32,000 bases of DNA, from NCBI RefSeq assembly GCF_000186885.1, contig NC_014972.1, positions 1,350,001 through 1,382,000 on the forward strand, written 5' to 3'. This stretch comes from Desulfobulbus propionicus DSM 2032. Its GTDB lineage: Bacteria; Desulfobacterota; Desulfobulbia; Desulfobulbales; Desulfobulbaceae. A program made the translations under genes and the position numbers. The notes under the pieces are model-generated. The model was not told the origin of the DNA and did not search any database. It was given only the letters and a program-made list of their open reading frames with translations. Shown here piece by piece: positions 1-7,830 of this stretch (its first letter is position 1; the number at the start of each line of letters is the position of its first letter).

Positions 1-2891
1 GTCGACCCGACCCCCGGCGCGCTGTCGACCAGGATTTCTCCCCCGTGGTGCTTGACGATGCCATAACTGACCGACAGCCCCAGGCCGGTGCCCTTGACCT
101 CGGGCTTGGAGGTGTAAAAGGGTTGGAAGATCAGCTCCAGCTCCTCCGGGCCGATGCCGCTGCCGGTGTCCTGGATGGCGATGGCCACCTGTTGGTCATC
201 GTGCCAGGTGGTGATGGTGATCATCCCGCCGGGATGGTGACAGGCATCGGCGGCGTTGGTCAGCAGGTTGAGCAGAACCTGCTTGATCTGGTCGGGGACC
301 GCCATGATCTGCGGCAGGTTGTCGGCGAAATTGCGTTGGAGGACGATTCGCTTTTCCTTGAAATCGCTCTTGTGCAACAACAGCAGCGAATTGAGCGAGC
401 GATGCACATCCATCAGCGTCTTCCGCCCGGAGGAAGGGCGGTTGAAATCCTGCAAACCGCGGATCAGTTCCTTGATCCGGTCGCTTTCGGCGATGGCCGC
501 TTCCAGCAGTTCCCGGTCTTCCGCCTCCAGGATGGCTCGTTTCTTCAACCCTTTGAGAACCGAGAGGATACCTTGCAAGGGGTTGTTGAACTCGTGGGCG
601 ATGGAGGCGGACAGTTTGCCGATGGCCGAGAGTTTTTCCGCATGGAGGAATTTTTTCTGGGTTTCCTCCAGCTCCAAGGTACGTTGGGCCACCCGCCGCC
701 CTAGATCCTCGTTGGCGACTTGCAGCTGTTGCTGGGCCATCCGCAGGCCCACTTCGTTTTCCCGCAGGATTTCCGCCTGCTTGCGACTGGTGATGTCGAT
801 GACGATCCCGAGATAGCGAGTGGCCCGGCCGGCATCGTCGAGGATCGGTTTTCCCCGGGACATCAGCCAGCGGCAGTCGCCGCTGCTTGTCACCACCCGC
901 CATTCGGTGTTGATCTCGCCGCCGCCGACCACGGCGTGACGGATGGTTCGTTCCACCCGCTGGATGTCTTCGGGATGGACCACCTGGCGCCAAAGGGCAG
1001 GGGAGGGCTCAGCACTGCCCGGTTCCAGCCCGTACAGGTGCCAAAGCTCCTCGGACCAGGCCATGCCGCCGGTCAACACATCCCATTCCCAGGAGCCGGC
1101 CTGGGCCGCCTCCTGCGCCAGCCGGAGCCGTTCCTCGCCCGCCCGCAGGGCCACCTCGGCCCGTTTGCGCATGAAGGCCTCGACAATCACCGGCGCGAGA
1201 GCTTCCAGGGTTTCCTGCTCGGCCTGGGTGTAGCCGTTTGCCCGGTTGGCCACCCCCACCATGCCAATCACCTTTCCATTCTGGCGCAGAGGCACCCCGA
1301 GGAAGGTCTCCACCGGCGGATGGCCTGGAGGAAAGCCGATCCGGTCCGGATGGTTGGCCGGGTCATTGGTGAACAGGGACTGGCCGTCGAGCAAAACGCG
1401 ACCATAGAGGCCGTGGAGCTTGAAGTTGCCGGGCGGCTGGTGGCGGTTGCCGTTGTCGGCGATGGAGCAGGCCGCCCAGCCTGGGTCGCTGATGGCGATG
1501 TCGTGCAGGCCGCGGTCGTTGACCTCGCCGATGAAACCGAAGTCGCTGGCGGTCAATTGCTGGACAATCTCCAGGCAGATCGCTCCCAGTTCCTGCTCGG
1601 TCTGGCAGTTGAGGGTGGCCGCGAGCAAGTGATTGATGCCTTGCAACGTGCTGTATTGCCGCTGCCTGTCGGCTTCCAACCGCTTTTGCTCGCTGATGTC
1701 GCGGACGGAAACCACGGCGCCGATAATCGTACCCCGTTTGTCGCGAATGGGGCCAAAGCTGTAGCTGCCCATCCACGTTTGCGTGGTGTCTCTCCGCCGG
1801 AGCGTGTATTCCGCGTTGCTGACCGCCTCGCCGCGCAGCGCCCGCATGACCGGCCAGTTTTCCGGCGGCATCGGTTCGCCGTCGGCCGAGGACAGCTCGA
1901 GCACGGCCAGGTATTCGGCCAGGGTTCGGGGGCAGTCGTTTTTGTCGGGAAATTTGTGGAAGACCGCGAAGGCGTCGTTAAATCGTACCAGCCGCCCATC
2001 GGTATCGGCAATAAACACCGCGTCGGTCATGCTTGCCAACGCCGCCTCCAAGGTGGCCTGGCTGGCGCGCAACGCCTCCTCCATCCGCTTGCGAGGGGTG
2101 ATGTTATTGCCCACCGAGAGGATTTCCCGCACCTCGCCATGGTCGTCACAGATGGCCTTGTTGGTCCAGTGTACCCACACCCTGCGGCCGTCGCGGCAGA
2201 GATTTTCATTTTGATTGGTGAGATACCGATCGGGGTGGCGGACGATGTCCTCGGTCAGCCCGGAGAGATCGGAGCCGTTGAAATCCTGCTCCGGCAGCAG
2301 CAGGTTGATGGGTTTGCCCACGATCTCGGCTGCGGGGTAGCCGAAAAAATGCTCGGCAAAGGCATTGAAAAACAAAATGGTGCCGTCCTCTTTCCAGCGA
2401 ATGATGGCGCTGTTGGCGTTTTGCACCAGCTGGCGGTAACGTTCCTCGCTTTCCTGAAGCGCGTCCTCCGTCTTCCGCCGCTGGGTGATGTCGATGAGCA
2501 CCATGTGAACGCGGGGCATGCCGTCCTGATCCGCGTTCAGAGTGCCGTTGCAATACGCTAGGAAGACCGACCCCTGGGGGCCCAACAAGCGGAGCTCGCA
2601 TTCCTGCGGTTGCCCGCTGGCAAGGAGCTGCTCGTGGAAGGCGGCGTGGATTTCCTGGTCGGCGGGCAGGATGCAGGCGGAGAACATCCGGTGAGGCAAC
2701 GTTTCAAGAGGGAGGCCAAGCATGTGGGCGGTGGCGCGATTGGCCTCTACCAGCCGGCCGTGACTGTCGAGGGTAAACCAGCCGACTGTGGCCAACGGGT
2801 GGTGGTCAGCGTGGTGAGGATCGACGGTTGCCGGGGCGCTGCTCAGGTCCGAGTCGACCGGTTTTTTCTTGTGGGTTTCTGTGCTGGCCAT
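1..2891 (-). CDS. Sensor histidine kinase (PAS-PAS-PAS-GAF-PAS-HisKA-HATPase_c); C-terminus cut by the left window edge
   Basis: Absent from the ORF track because no stop lies inside the window. My reverse-strand translation from ATG at 2891 (GGAG 5 nt upstream) stays open to nt 1: MASTETHKKKPVDSD... PAS-boundary signatures are LIDITQRRKTEDALQESE, VRDISEQKRLE and VIDITSRKQAEILRENE. The H-box is SASIAHEFNNPLQGI. The G2 box FYTSKPEVKGTGLGLSVSYGIVKHHGGEILVDSAPGVGS lies at about nt 3-120. The + ORFs 45..704 and 720..2561 are its antisense shadows. Confidence 0.9.
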   Translation of the reverse strand, partial: MASTETHKKKPVDSDLSSAPATVDPHHADHHPLATVGWFTLDSHGRLVEANRATAHMLGLPLETLPHRMFSACILPADQEIHAAFHEQLLASGQPQECELRLLGPQGSVFLAYCNGTLNADQDGMPRVHMVLIDITQRRKTEDALQESEERYRQLVQNANSAIIRWKEDGTILFFNAFAEHFFGYPAAEIVGKPINLLLPEQDFNGSDLSGLTEDIVRHPDRYLTNQNENLCRDGRRVWVHWTNKAICDDHGEVREILSVGNNITPRKRMEEALRASQATLEAALASMTDAVFIADTDGRLVRFNDAFAVFHKFPDKNDCPRTLAEYLAVLELSSADGEPMPPENWPVMRALRGEAVSNAEYTLRRRDTTQTWMGSYSFGPIRDKRGTIIGAVVSVRDISEQKRLEADRQRQYSTLQGINHLLAATLNCQTEQELGAICLEIVQQLTASDFGFIGEVNDRGLHDIAISDPGWAACSIADNGNRHQPPGNFKLHGLYGRVLLDGQSLFTNDPANHPDRIGFPPGHPPVETFLGVPLRQNGKVIGMVGVANRANGYTQAEQETLEALAPVIVEAFMRKRAEVALRAGEERLRLAQEAAQAGSWEWDVLTGGMAWSEELWHLYGLEPGSAEPSPALWRQVVHPEDIQRVERTIRHAVVGGGEINTEWRVVTSSGDCRWLMSRGKPILDDAGRATRYLGIVIDITSRKQAEILRENEVGLRMAQQQLQVANEDLGRRVAQRTLELEETQKKFLHAEKLSAIGKLSASIAHEFNNPLQGILSVLKGLKKRAILEAEDRELLEAAIAESDRIKELIRGLQDFNRPSSGRKTLMDVHRSLNSLLLLHKSDFKEKRIVLQRNFADNLPQIMAVPDQIKQVLLNLLTNAADACHHPGGMITITTWHDDQQVAIAIQDTGSGIGPEELELIFQPFYTSKPEVKGTGLGLSVSYGIVKHHGGEILVDSAPGVGS

Positions 2892-3251
2892 GGGTAGCTC
2901 CATCCGTTGCCGACGGCATGTTTTCCGCTTGGAAATGCAACCAGTCCTTCCCCTCGCCCGTGAGCAAACAGCTCGATGAGCGCTGCTGTCCGTCCTACTT
3001 CTTGTTCATCACGCTCCCCTCCACAATCCGTTGACACCTTGCTTCCAACTACTGCCGTGCCAGGCCGAAACCTGCCACTGCGGCGGGGCGCTCAGGGTGG
3101 CAGGCGACACGTTGATTGATCAAAGATAAAGATAAACCTATTTCTCGCCTGGTGAAAGGCGATTTCCGACCGGGGGAGGATTTTTTCCTCAATGATCATG
3201 TACGGCTAGGGTTGAGCAATAAGCATGTTGCCATCTGCTGTTCGCGCATCC

Positions 3252-3284
3252 TTCTCTCCATTTTCTCTTCACTTTCTCTCCATT
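3252..3284. repeat. Direct repeat TTCTCTCCATT x2 (3252..3262 and 3274..3284, 22-nt phase) in an AT-rich intergenic region
   Basis: Read directly from the sequence: ccTTCTCTCCATTttctcttcactTTCTCTCCATTg. It lies in the 568-bp divergent intergenic region between the kinase start (2891, minus) and the 3460 gene (plus). Function unknown. Confidence 0.5.
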
Positions 3285-3459
3285 GATCTTTCTTGTTCAT
3301 GATGCATATTTTTTTTATTATAAAAACGTACTGTCCAGCCCCTTTGCTCTTCAAAAGGAGAAAGGAAGCGGCCCCAAGACGGGCTCTTCATTCCTCCTTC
3401 GGCAGCCGACACAAGGCGTATCGTGCGGTATCCCCATAACCTGAGATCCAGGAGGCATC

Positions 3460-3819
3460 ATGACCCAGCAGAAGTCCTTTACCCAGGTTGAAAACGAGTT
3501 GATCTCCAAATTCAGGAAAAAAGTGAACGAGGCCGAGTCCACCGAGGACGTGAAAAAGGCATTTGTCTGGTGTGTGCAGGAACTGTTCACCAAAATTTCC
3601 GAGGGGGCGATTACGCTCCGCGCCGACGAGCTGCGGCTGCAACTGGAAGGCGAGCCCTTTGTCATCGATGAAACGCTCCGGGCCGGGGAAGCCTTTGCCG
3701 GGGTGTGGAACAACTCCGACCTTCCACGGATTGTTGGTCGTTTTGCCGAGCTGGCCGTGAACCAGTACCGGCATTTGGCCAAAAATCCCGCCCGGACCGA
3801 AGCAAAAATCAGAAACTGA
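3460..3819 (+). CDS. Hypothetical cytoplasmic protein, 119 aa, predicted mostly helical, no family recognised
   Basis: ORF track 3460..3819. RBS CAGGAGG 5 nt upstream of the ATG. No signal peptide. The next gene follows after 22 nt, so an operon is likely. Confidence 0.75.
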   Translation: MTQQKSFTQVENELISKFRKKVNEAESTEDVKKAFVWCVQELFTKISEGAITLRADELRLQLEGEPFVIDETLRAGEAFAGVWNNSDLPRIVGRFAELAVNQYRHLAKNPARTEAKIRN

Positions 3820-3841
3820 CCGACCCAAGGGGAGGAACGCG

Positions 3842-4279
3842 ATGCGATATCTACTGTTGATTCTGCTTCTCGTCGTTCTTGCCGGCGGCGGGTGCGCCAC
3901 CAAAGGACAGACGGGCGCGGCCGGCGGCGCGGCGGTGGGCGCGGCGATTGGCCAGGCGATTGGCCATGATACCGGCGCTACCCTGATCGGCGCCGCGGTC
4001 GGCACCCTGGTTGGCTATATCGTTGGCAACGAGATGGACACGTACGACCGCGAACAACTCAACCACAGCTATGAGCGCGGGGTGTCGCATCAACCCTCCG
4101 CGTGGGTGAATCCGGACAAGGGAAACCAGTACCGGGTGGTGCCCGAACCAGCGTATCAAAATCCGACCACGCAACAGGTGTGCCGCCGCGCGGAAATCAA
4201 CGTGGTCATCAACGGCAAGGCGGAAAAGACCCAAGCCACGGCCTGCCGCGATCGGGACGGACACTGGGAAATTCAATAA
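3842..4279 (+). CDS. Glycine-zipper lipoprotein of the 17-kDa surface-antigen type (145 aa)
   Basis: Lipobox LAGGGC after a hydrophobic N-terminus. Glycine zipper GAAGGAAVGAAIGQAIGHDTGATLIGAAVGTLVGYIVG. C-terminal CR...ACRDRDGHW pattern typical of the surface-antigen (COG4520-like) family. RBS GGGGAGGA upstream. Confidence 0.85.
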   Translation: MRYLLLILLLVVLAGGGCATKGQTGAAGGAAVGAAIGQAIGHDTGATLIGAAVGTLVGYIVGNEMDTYDREQLNHSYERGVSHQPSAWVNPDKGNQYRVVPEPAYQNPTTQQVCRRAEINVVINGKAEKTQATACRDRDGHWEIQ

Positions 4280-4307
4280 CCACGGAGTTCGCAACGGTTT
4301 TTTCACC

Positions 4308-4338
4308 GGCTTGCCTCGATTCAGGGGCAAGCCTTTTT
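4308..4338 (+). terminator. Rho-independent terminator after the lipoprotein gene
   Basis: Perfect 8-bp stem GGCTTGCC (4308..4315) / GGCAAGCC (4326..4333) with a 10-nt loop, followed by TTTTT (4334..4338). It starts 29 nt after the stop at 4279. Confidence 0.8.
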
Positions 4339-4419
4339 GCTGGTTGTTCAACCGAATGGCCCATTTGTGCGCGGTGCGGTCAGGGAAAGACAGCGAGGCG
4401 GCCAAGGGAGAGAGGAAAC

Positions 4420-5190
4420 ATGGCGGAGGTTCGAGGCAAGGTGGTGGTGGTCACCGGCGGCGGCCAGGGAATCGGGCGCGGCATCGTCGAGTTGCTGCTG
4501 GAGCGGGAAGCCGCGGTGGTGATTGCCGATTGTGATCGGCAAGCCGGGGAAGAGCTGGCGGCCCGGCTCGATACGCCTGAACGAGTCTGTTTCATCCACG
4601 CCGATGTTGGCGACGAGGAGTCGGTCGCTGGCTGCATTCGCGCCAGCGTGGCCCGGTTCGGCGGTGTGGATGGCCTGGTCAACAATGCCGGCATTGCCGA
4701 TCCCGGGGCCACGCCGGTCACCGAGCTCGCGCTTGCCCAGTGGGAGCGGATGCTGCGCACCAATCTGACCGGCGCGTTTCTCATGGCCAAACATGCGGTG
4801 CCGCACCTGCAGCAGCGGCGGGGGGCCATCGTCAACATCGCCTCCACCCGCGCCCTGCAGTCGGAGGCCAACACCGAGGCCTATACCGCCTCCAAGGGCG
4901 GTTTGGTTGCCCTCACCCATGCCTTGGCCATCAGCCTTGCCCACCGCATCCGGGTCAACGTGATCCTTCCCGGCTGGATCGATGTCCGCGCCTATCGGAA
5001 AGCAGCCGTGCCGGACCTCGCGCCGCTGACCGACGCGGATCATCTCCAGCATCCGGCTGGCCGGGTGGGAGTGCCGCGCGACATTGCCAGCCTGACCGCC
5101 TATCTGCTGTCCGAGGAGGCCGCCTTCATCACCGGCCAGTCCTTTGTGGTCGATGGCGGCATGACCAGGAAAATGATCTATGTGGAATGA
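4420..5190 (+). CDS. Short-chain dehydrogenase/reductase (classical SDR, 256 aa)
   Basis: Sits within ORF 4102..5190. I place the start at the internal ATG 4420 (MAEVRGKVVVVTGGGQGIGRG...), preceded by GAGAGGAAAC. Motifs: cofactor TGGGQGIG, NNAG, catalytic YTASK. The upstream 106 codons overlap the lipoprotein gene and its terminator. Confidence 0.9.
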   Translation: MAEVRGKVVVVTGGGQGIGRGIVELLLEREAAVVIADCDRQAGEELAARLDTPERVCFIHADVGDEESVAGCIRASVARFGGVDGLVNNAGIADPGATPVTELALAQWERMLRTNLTGAFLMAKHAVPHLQQRRGAIVNIASTRALQSEANTEAYTASKGGLVALTHALAISLAHRIRVNVILPGWIDVRAYRKAAVPDLAPLTDADHLQHPAGRVGVPRDIASLTAYLLSEEAAFITGQSFVVDGGMTRKMIYVE

Positions 5191-5259
5191 TCGCGCGGGC
5201 AGGTGAAGAACGGCTGTGCCCCTCGGCGGGCGAGGCGTGGCCGATGTGTTCACCGGGGG

Positions 5260-6204
5260 TCAGCGTCCGCCCCGGCCTCCACCGCCACCCCCTCCTTTTC
5301 CTCCGGAACCGCCGCCCCCACCTTTGCCTCCGGCGCCGCCGGAATGGCCTGATTTGCCACCGCCCGCGCCATTGCCGCCGCTCCCGCCGGAGCTGCTTCC
5401 TCCCGAGACCCCATGATGTGCATTGTTGTTTGAGGTTCCCGGAGCGGAAGGATGGCCGTATCCCTTCAACTGTCCCGCAGGGACGCCCTGGTCGATGGCG
5501 TGCAAATAGCCCTGGGCGACCGCTTCCGTGTTTGCCTGCAGGCGCTGCTCATTGAAGGTCAGCCGCAGGGTTTGCATATCCTGTTCCGCGTAGCCGCGGG
5601 CCAAGGCGCGGGTGACGGTTGCCGCCGCTGTTGGTGAGGTGACACCTACCCGTACCATGTCGCGCACCGTCATCATGGTCGCCGTGGCCAAACGCAGGCC
5701 GTCTTCTTCGCCCATTGCCTGGGTATGCTTCTGGAGGGCGGCGGCAGTCTGTTCGGCGTCGCCGTGGGTGAGGCCGGAGGTCAGGCTGTCGGCGACGATG
5801 TTCGCCAGCTGCCGTTGGGAATCCCGTGCCATGGTTGTCGCGATGTTCATGGCAAAGGCATGGCGTTCCCGTACCTTGGTGACGGCATGGACAATGGCTC
5901 TCGGTTCGGCCTGTTTGGCGATTCCCTCGTGCACCTTGCTGTCGATCGCGGCGAGACTCTGCGGCTCGCGCTGCGCCGCCTGCACCTGATGGACAATTTC
6001 TCCCATGTCGGCTAATCCAAAACGCGCCTCCGCCATCCCATCCACCAGGTTGACCGCCTCCTGTTCGCTCATGCCCGCCCGGACAAGTTGCCGGACCACG
6101 GCTTGCCGTTCGGGTCCGACCGAAGCGGTTCCCGTTTCCTCGCTTCTGGCTGACCCTAGCGTCATCATCAGCAGGAGGAGTGCGTATATCATGTGCTTAG
6201 ACAT
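5260..6204 (-). CDS. Secreted protein of unknown function (314 aa) with helical repeats and a 50-aa Gly/Ser/Lys C-terminal tail
   Basis: Sits within ORF 5260..6342. I place the start at ATG 6204 (MSKHMIYALLLLMMTLGSARSEE, signal peptide), preceded by AAGAGGAAAGGG. The tail is GVSGGSSSGGSGGNGAGGGKSGHSGGAGGKGGGGGSGGKGGGGGGGRGGR (nt 5263..5412). It begins 58 nt downstream of the CBM48-like lipoprotein gene on the same strand. Confidence 0.75.
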   Translation of the reverse strand: MSKHMIYALLLLMMTLGSARSEETGTASVGPERQAVVRQLVRAGMSEQEAVNLVDGMAEARFGLADMGEIVHQVQAAQREPQSLAAIDSKVHEGIAKQAEPRAIVHAVTKVRERHAFAMNIATTMARDSQRQLANIVADSLTSGLTHGDAEQTAAALQKHTQAMGEEDGLRLATATMMTVRDMVRVGVTSPTAAATVTRALARGYAEQDMQTLRLTFNEQRLQANTEAVAQGYLHAIDQGVPAGQLKGYGHPSAPGTSNNNAHHGVSGGSSSGGSGGNGAGGGKSGHSGGAGGKGGGGGSGGKGGGGGGGRGGR

Positions 6205-6262
6205 CCCTTTCCTCTTGAATCGTTGTTGTCGTGTTCCTTGAACCATGTTCGTGCTCTGCCTC

Positions 6263-6583
6263 CTAGGGGAGATTCCTGCAATTGACAGAGCCGAAATCGT
6301 CGCTGACCTTGAATCGGCAATCCGGCACCATGACTTGGCCATCCACCAGGTAGAAATATTGAAATTCGATATTGGGCAAGCCGCTTACCAGCCAGGTGCC
6401 CTCCCGGTTTCTGGCTGCATGGTGGACGGCGAAGCGATCAATGGAGCTCGCGAACCGCACCGTGGCCGCCTTGGGTGCGCGCAGGGTCAGGGTGACGGTA
6501 TCGTCGTGCACGACGGCCGTGTGCTGGGGGGCGCAGCCCCCTAACAGCCCCACAAAGGGAACGATCAGGAGCAAACGGATCAT
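6263..6583 (-). CDS. Lipoprotein consisting of a CBM48/E-set (AMPK-beta glycogen-binding-like) domain, 106 aa
   Basis: Lipobox VGLLGGC. Domain pattern: VTLTLRAPKAATVRFASSIDRFAVHHAARNREGTWLVSGLPNIEFQYFYLVDGQVMVPD. Its ATG overlaps the anti-sigma stop (ATGA at 6580..6583). Confidence 0.8.
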   Translation of the reverse strand: MIRLLLIVPFVGLLGGCAPQHTAVVHDDTVTLTLRAPKAATVRFASSIDRFAVHHAARNREGTWLVSGLPNIEFQYFYLVDGQVMVPDCRFKVSDDFGSVNCRNLP

Positions 6584-7161
6584 ATGGACGCTCCGATCTC
6601 GATCACCGAGTTTTCGCCCCCGAAATCATCCTGTTCGCGGAGCACGACCGTGGGATCGGCAATTTTGCGGCCATCACCGACCAGATAACTGTAGCGGTGT
6701 TCGCCTGGAGGAACCCTCAAGGTGAGGGTCCAGTAACCGCTGGTGCCCACCGGTTCCATGACCACGGGACGCCAATCGGTAAAGGTGCCGACAATGCGTG
6801 CCTGGGTGGTGTCGGGAAAATAGACCACGAAACGGTGCGGTTCCGTCACCTTGATTGGATGTTCCGGATGCTCCGGCCGCAGCAGCGCGAACAGCGCCAC
6901 CAGCAGACCGGCGGCCGCAACGCCCGCAAGCGGTTTCAGCCAAGATAGCCACCCGCGCGGTTCAGCCTCCGTGGTCTTGGCACAGGTCGGCACGGGCAAC
7001 GGCGGCGCAGGCAGGACCACGCGCAGCCGCTGTTCCTGTCTGAGCAGGGCGATTGCTTCCTCGGTAAAGGCCCTGTCGGCGTGCACGGTTTCGACAAAGG
7101 TGATTTTCTCATCCAGATCCAGTGCATTGTCGATGTAGAGACTGATCAAATAATCGTTCAT
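6580..7161 (-). CDS. Single-pass anti-sigma factor (193 aa) with a periplasmic CBM48/E-set-like domain
   Basis: Sits within ORF 6580..7239. I place the start at ATG 7161 (MNDYLISLYIDNALDLDEKITFVETVHADRAFTEE), which overlaps the sigma stop (ATGA at 7158..7161). TM helix LAGVAAAGLLVALFALL. C-terminal FVVYFPDTTQARIVGTFTDWRPVVMEPVGTSGYWTLTLRVPPGEHRYSYLVGDGRKIADP. Position directly downstream of an ECF sigma gene. Confidence 0.75.
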   Translation of the reverse strand: MNDYLISLYIDNALDLDEKITFVETVHADRAFTEEAIALLRQEQRLRVVLPAPPLPVPTCAKTTEAEPRGWLSWLKPLAGVAAAGLLVALFALLRPEHPEHPIKVTEPHRFVVYFPDTTQARIVGTFTDWRPVVMEPVGTSGYWTLTLRVPPGEHRYSYLVGDGRKIADPTVVLREQDDFGGENSVIEIGASI

Positions 7162-7634
7162 CTCTGCTCCTTGGAGACGAGCTGTCGGAGTTTTTGCCGG
7201 GCCCGGTGAACCCGCACTTTGATGGTTGCCTCGCTGCATCCCCTGACGGCGGCAATATCCTTGTAGGTCATGTCGCTGCTCACCACCAGGGCAAGAATGT
7301 CCCGATCCTCATCGTCAAGCTGCTGCAAGGCGTCGAGCATCCTGCGGGAATCCTCGCGCAGGATATACGCCTGTTCCTCATCCACCGCTGTCGCTGGCAG
7401 CAAGCTGGCGGCATCAGCCTTTTGCCGCCGTTGACGGACATGATCATAATAGAGATTGCGGCCAATGGTGAACAGGAGGGCAAGACTCAACTCCCGCAGG
7501 CGGTATCGTTCGATATAGCGGGTGAAGGTCTCCTGCGTCAGATCGGCGGCCAGGGCTTGATTGCCTGATTTGCGCAGCAAGTAGCCAAACAGCTTGTCTC
7601 TGTGTTCGCTATAAAAACGGTGAAATCGCTCCAT
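7158..7634 (-). CDS. ECF-type RNA polymerase sigma-70 family factor (158 aa)
   Basis: Region 2 pattern: FYSEHRDKLFGYLLRKSGNQALAADLTQETFTRYIE. Region 4 HTH: LQQLDDEDRDILALVVSSDMTYKDIAAVRGCSEATIKVRVHRARQKLR. Confidence 0.9.
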   Translation of the reverse strand: MERFHRFYSEHRDKLFGYLLRKSGNQALAADLTQETFTRYIERYRLRELSLALLFTIGRNLYYDHVRQRRQKADAASLLPATAVDEEQAYILREDSRRMLDALQQLDDEDRDILALVVSSDMTYKDIAAVRGCSEATIKVRVHRARQKLRQLVSKEQR

Positions 7635-7712
7635 GTTTGCCTTGATAACCCTTCGCGTGTCGGAGAGTTACAACTTTCTGAAAATCGAGCCATTTTTTCT
7701 TGAGAAAAAAAC

Positions 7713-7738
7713 TGTAACCTTCCGCATGGCCAGACGTT
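7713..7738 (+). promoter_or_regulatory. Candidate ECF-type promoter TGTAAC-N16-CGTT upstream of the small secreted protein gene
   Basis: TGTAAC at 7713..7718, a 16-nt spacer, CGTT at 7735..7738, about 90 nt upstream of ATG 7831. It fits the generic ECF AAC-N16/17-CGT logic. The element is also a weak palindrome (TGTAAC...GTTCA), so it could instead be a dimeric regulator site. Confidence 0.3.
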
Positions 7739-7830
7739 CACAGGATAGCGTCATACATCGACCGGAGAGGTTCACGTTGCGGAGCGACGCGCTTTCCGCC
7801 CTCTCCGATCGCAACACAAGGAGTGCACCT

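Noticed and set aside
3045-3063. Sigma-54-like element on the minus strand upstream of the first kinase (TGGCAC-N5-TAGT).
   Set aside because: The -24 TGGCAC is good, but the -12 position reads TAGT instead of TTGC, so the essential GC is missing.
3196-3300. 34-codon minus-strand ORF (MNKKDQWRESEEKMERRMREQQMATCLLLNPSRT) in the AT-rich intergenic region.
   Set aside because: It has no RBS. Its sequence is largely dictated by the TTCTCTCCATT direct repeats. I have no comparative evidence.
4102-4419. N-terminal extensions implied by the longest-ORF calls. They are 4102..4419 (SDR), 6205..6342, 7162..7239, 14602..14733 (malate synthase), 23761..23982 (ADH), 30946..31215 (OlsF-like) and 31763..31849.
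   Set aside because: The extensions overlap neighbouring genes, terminators or promoter regions. They have atypical composition. In each case an internal ATG with a good RBS begins exactly where family similarity or a signal peptide begins.
5216-5416. 66-aa proline-rich + strand ORF (…PPPPPPPFPPEPPPPPLPP…).
   Set aside because: It is the antisense reading of the GGN-rich region that encodes the Gly tail of the 5260..6204 gene. It has no RBS and no independent support.
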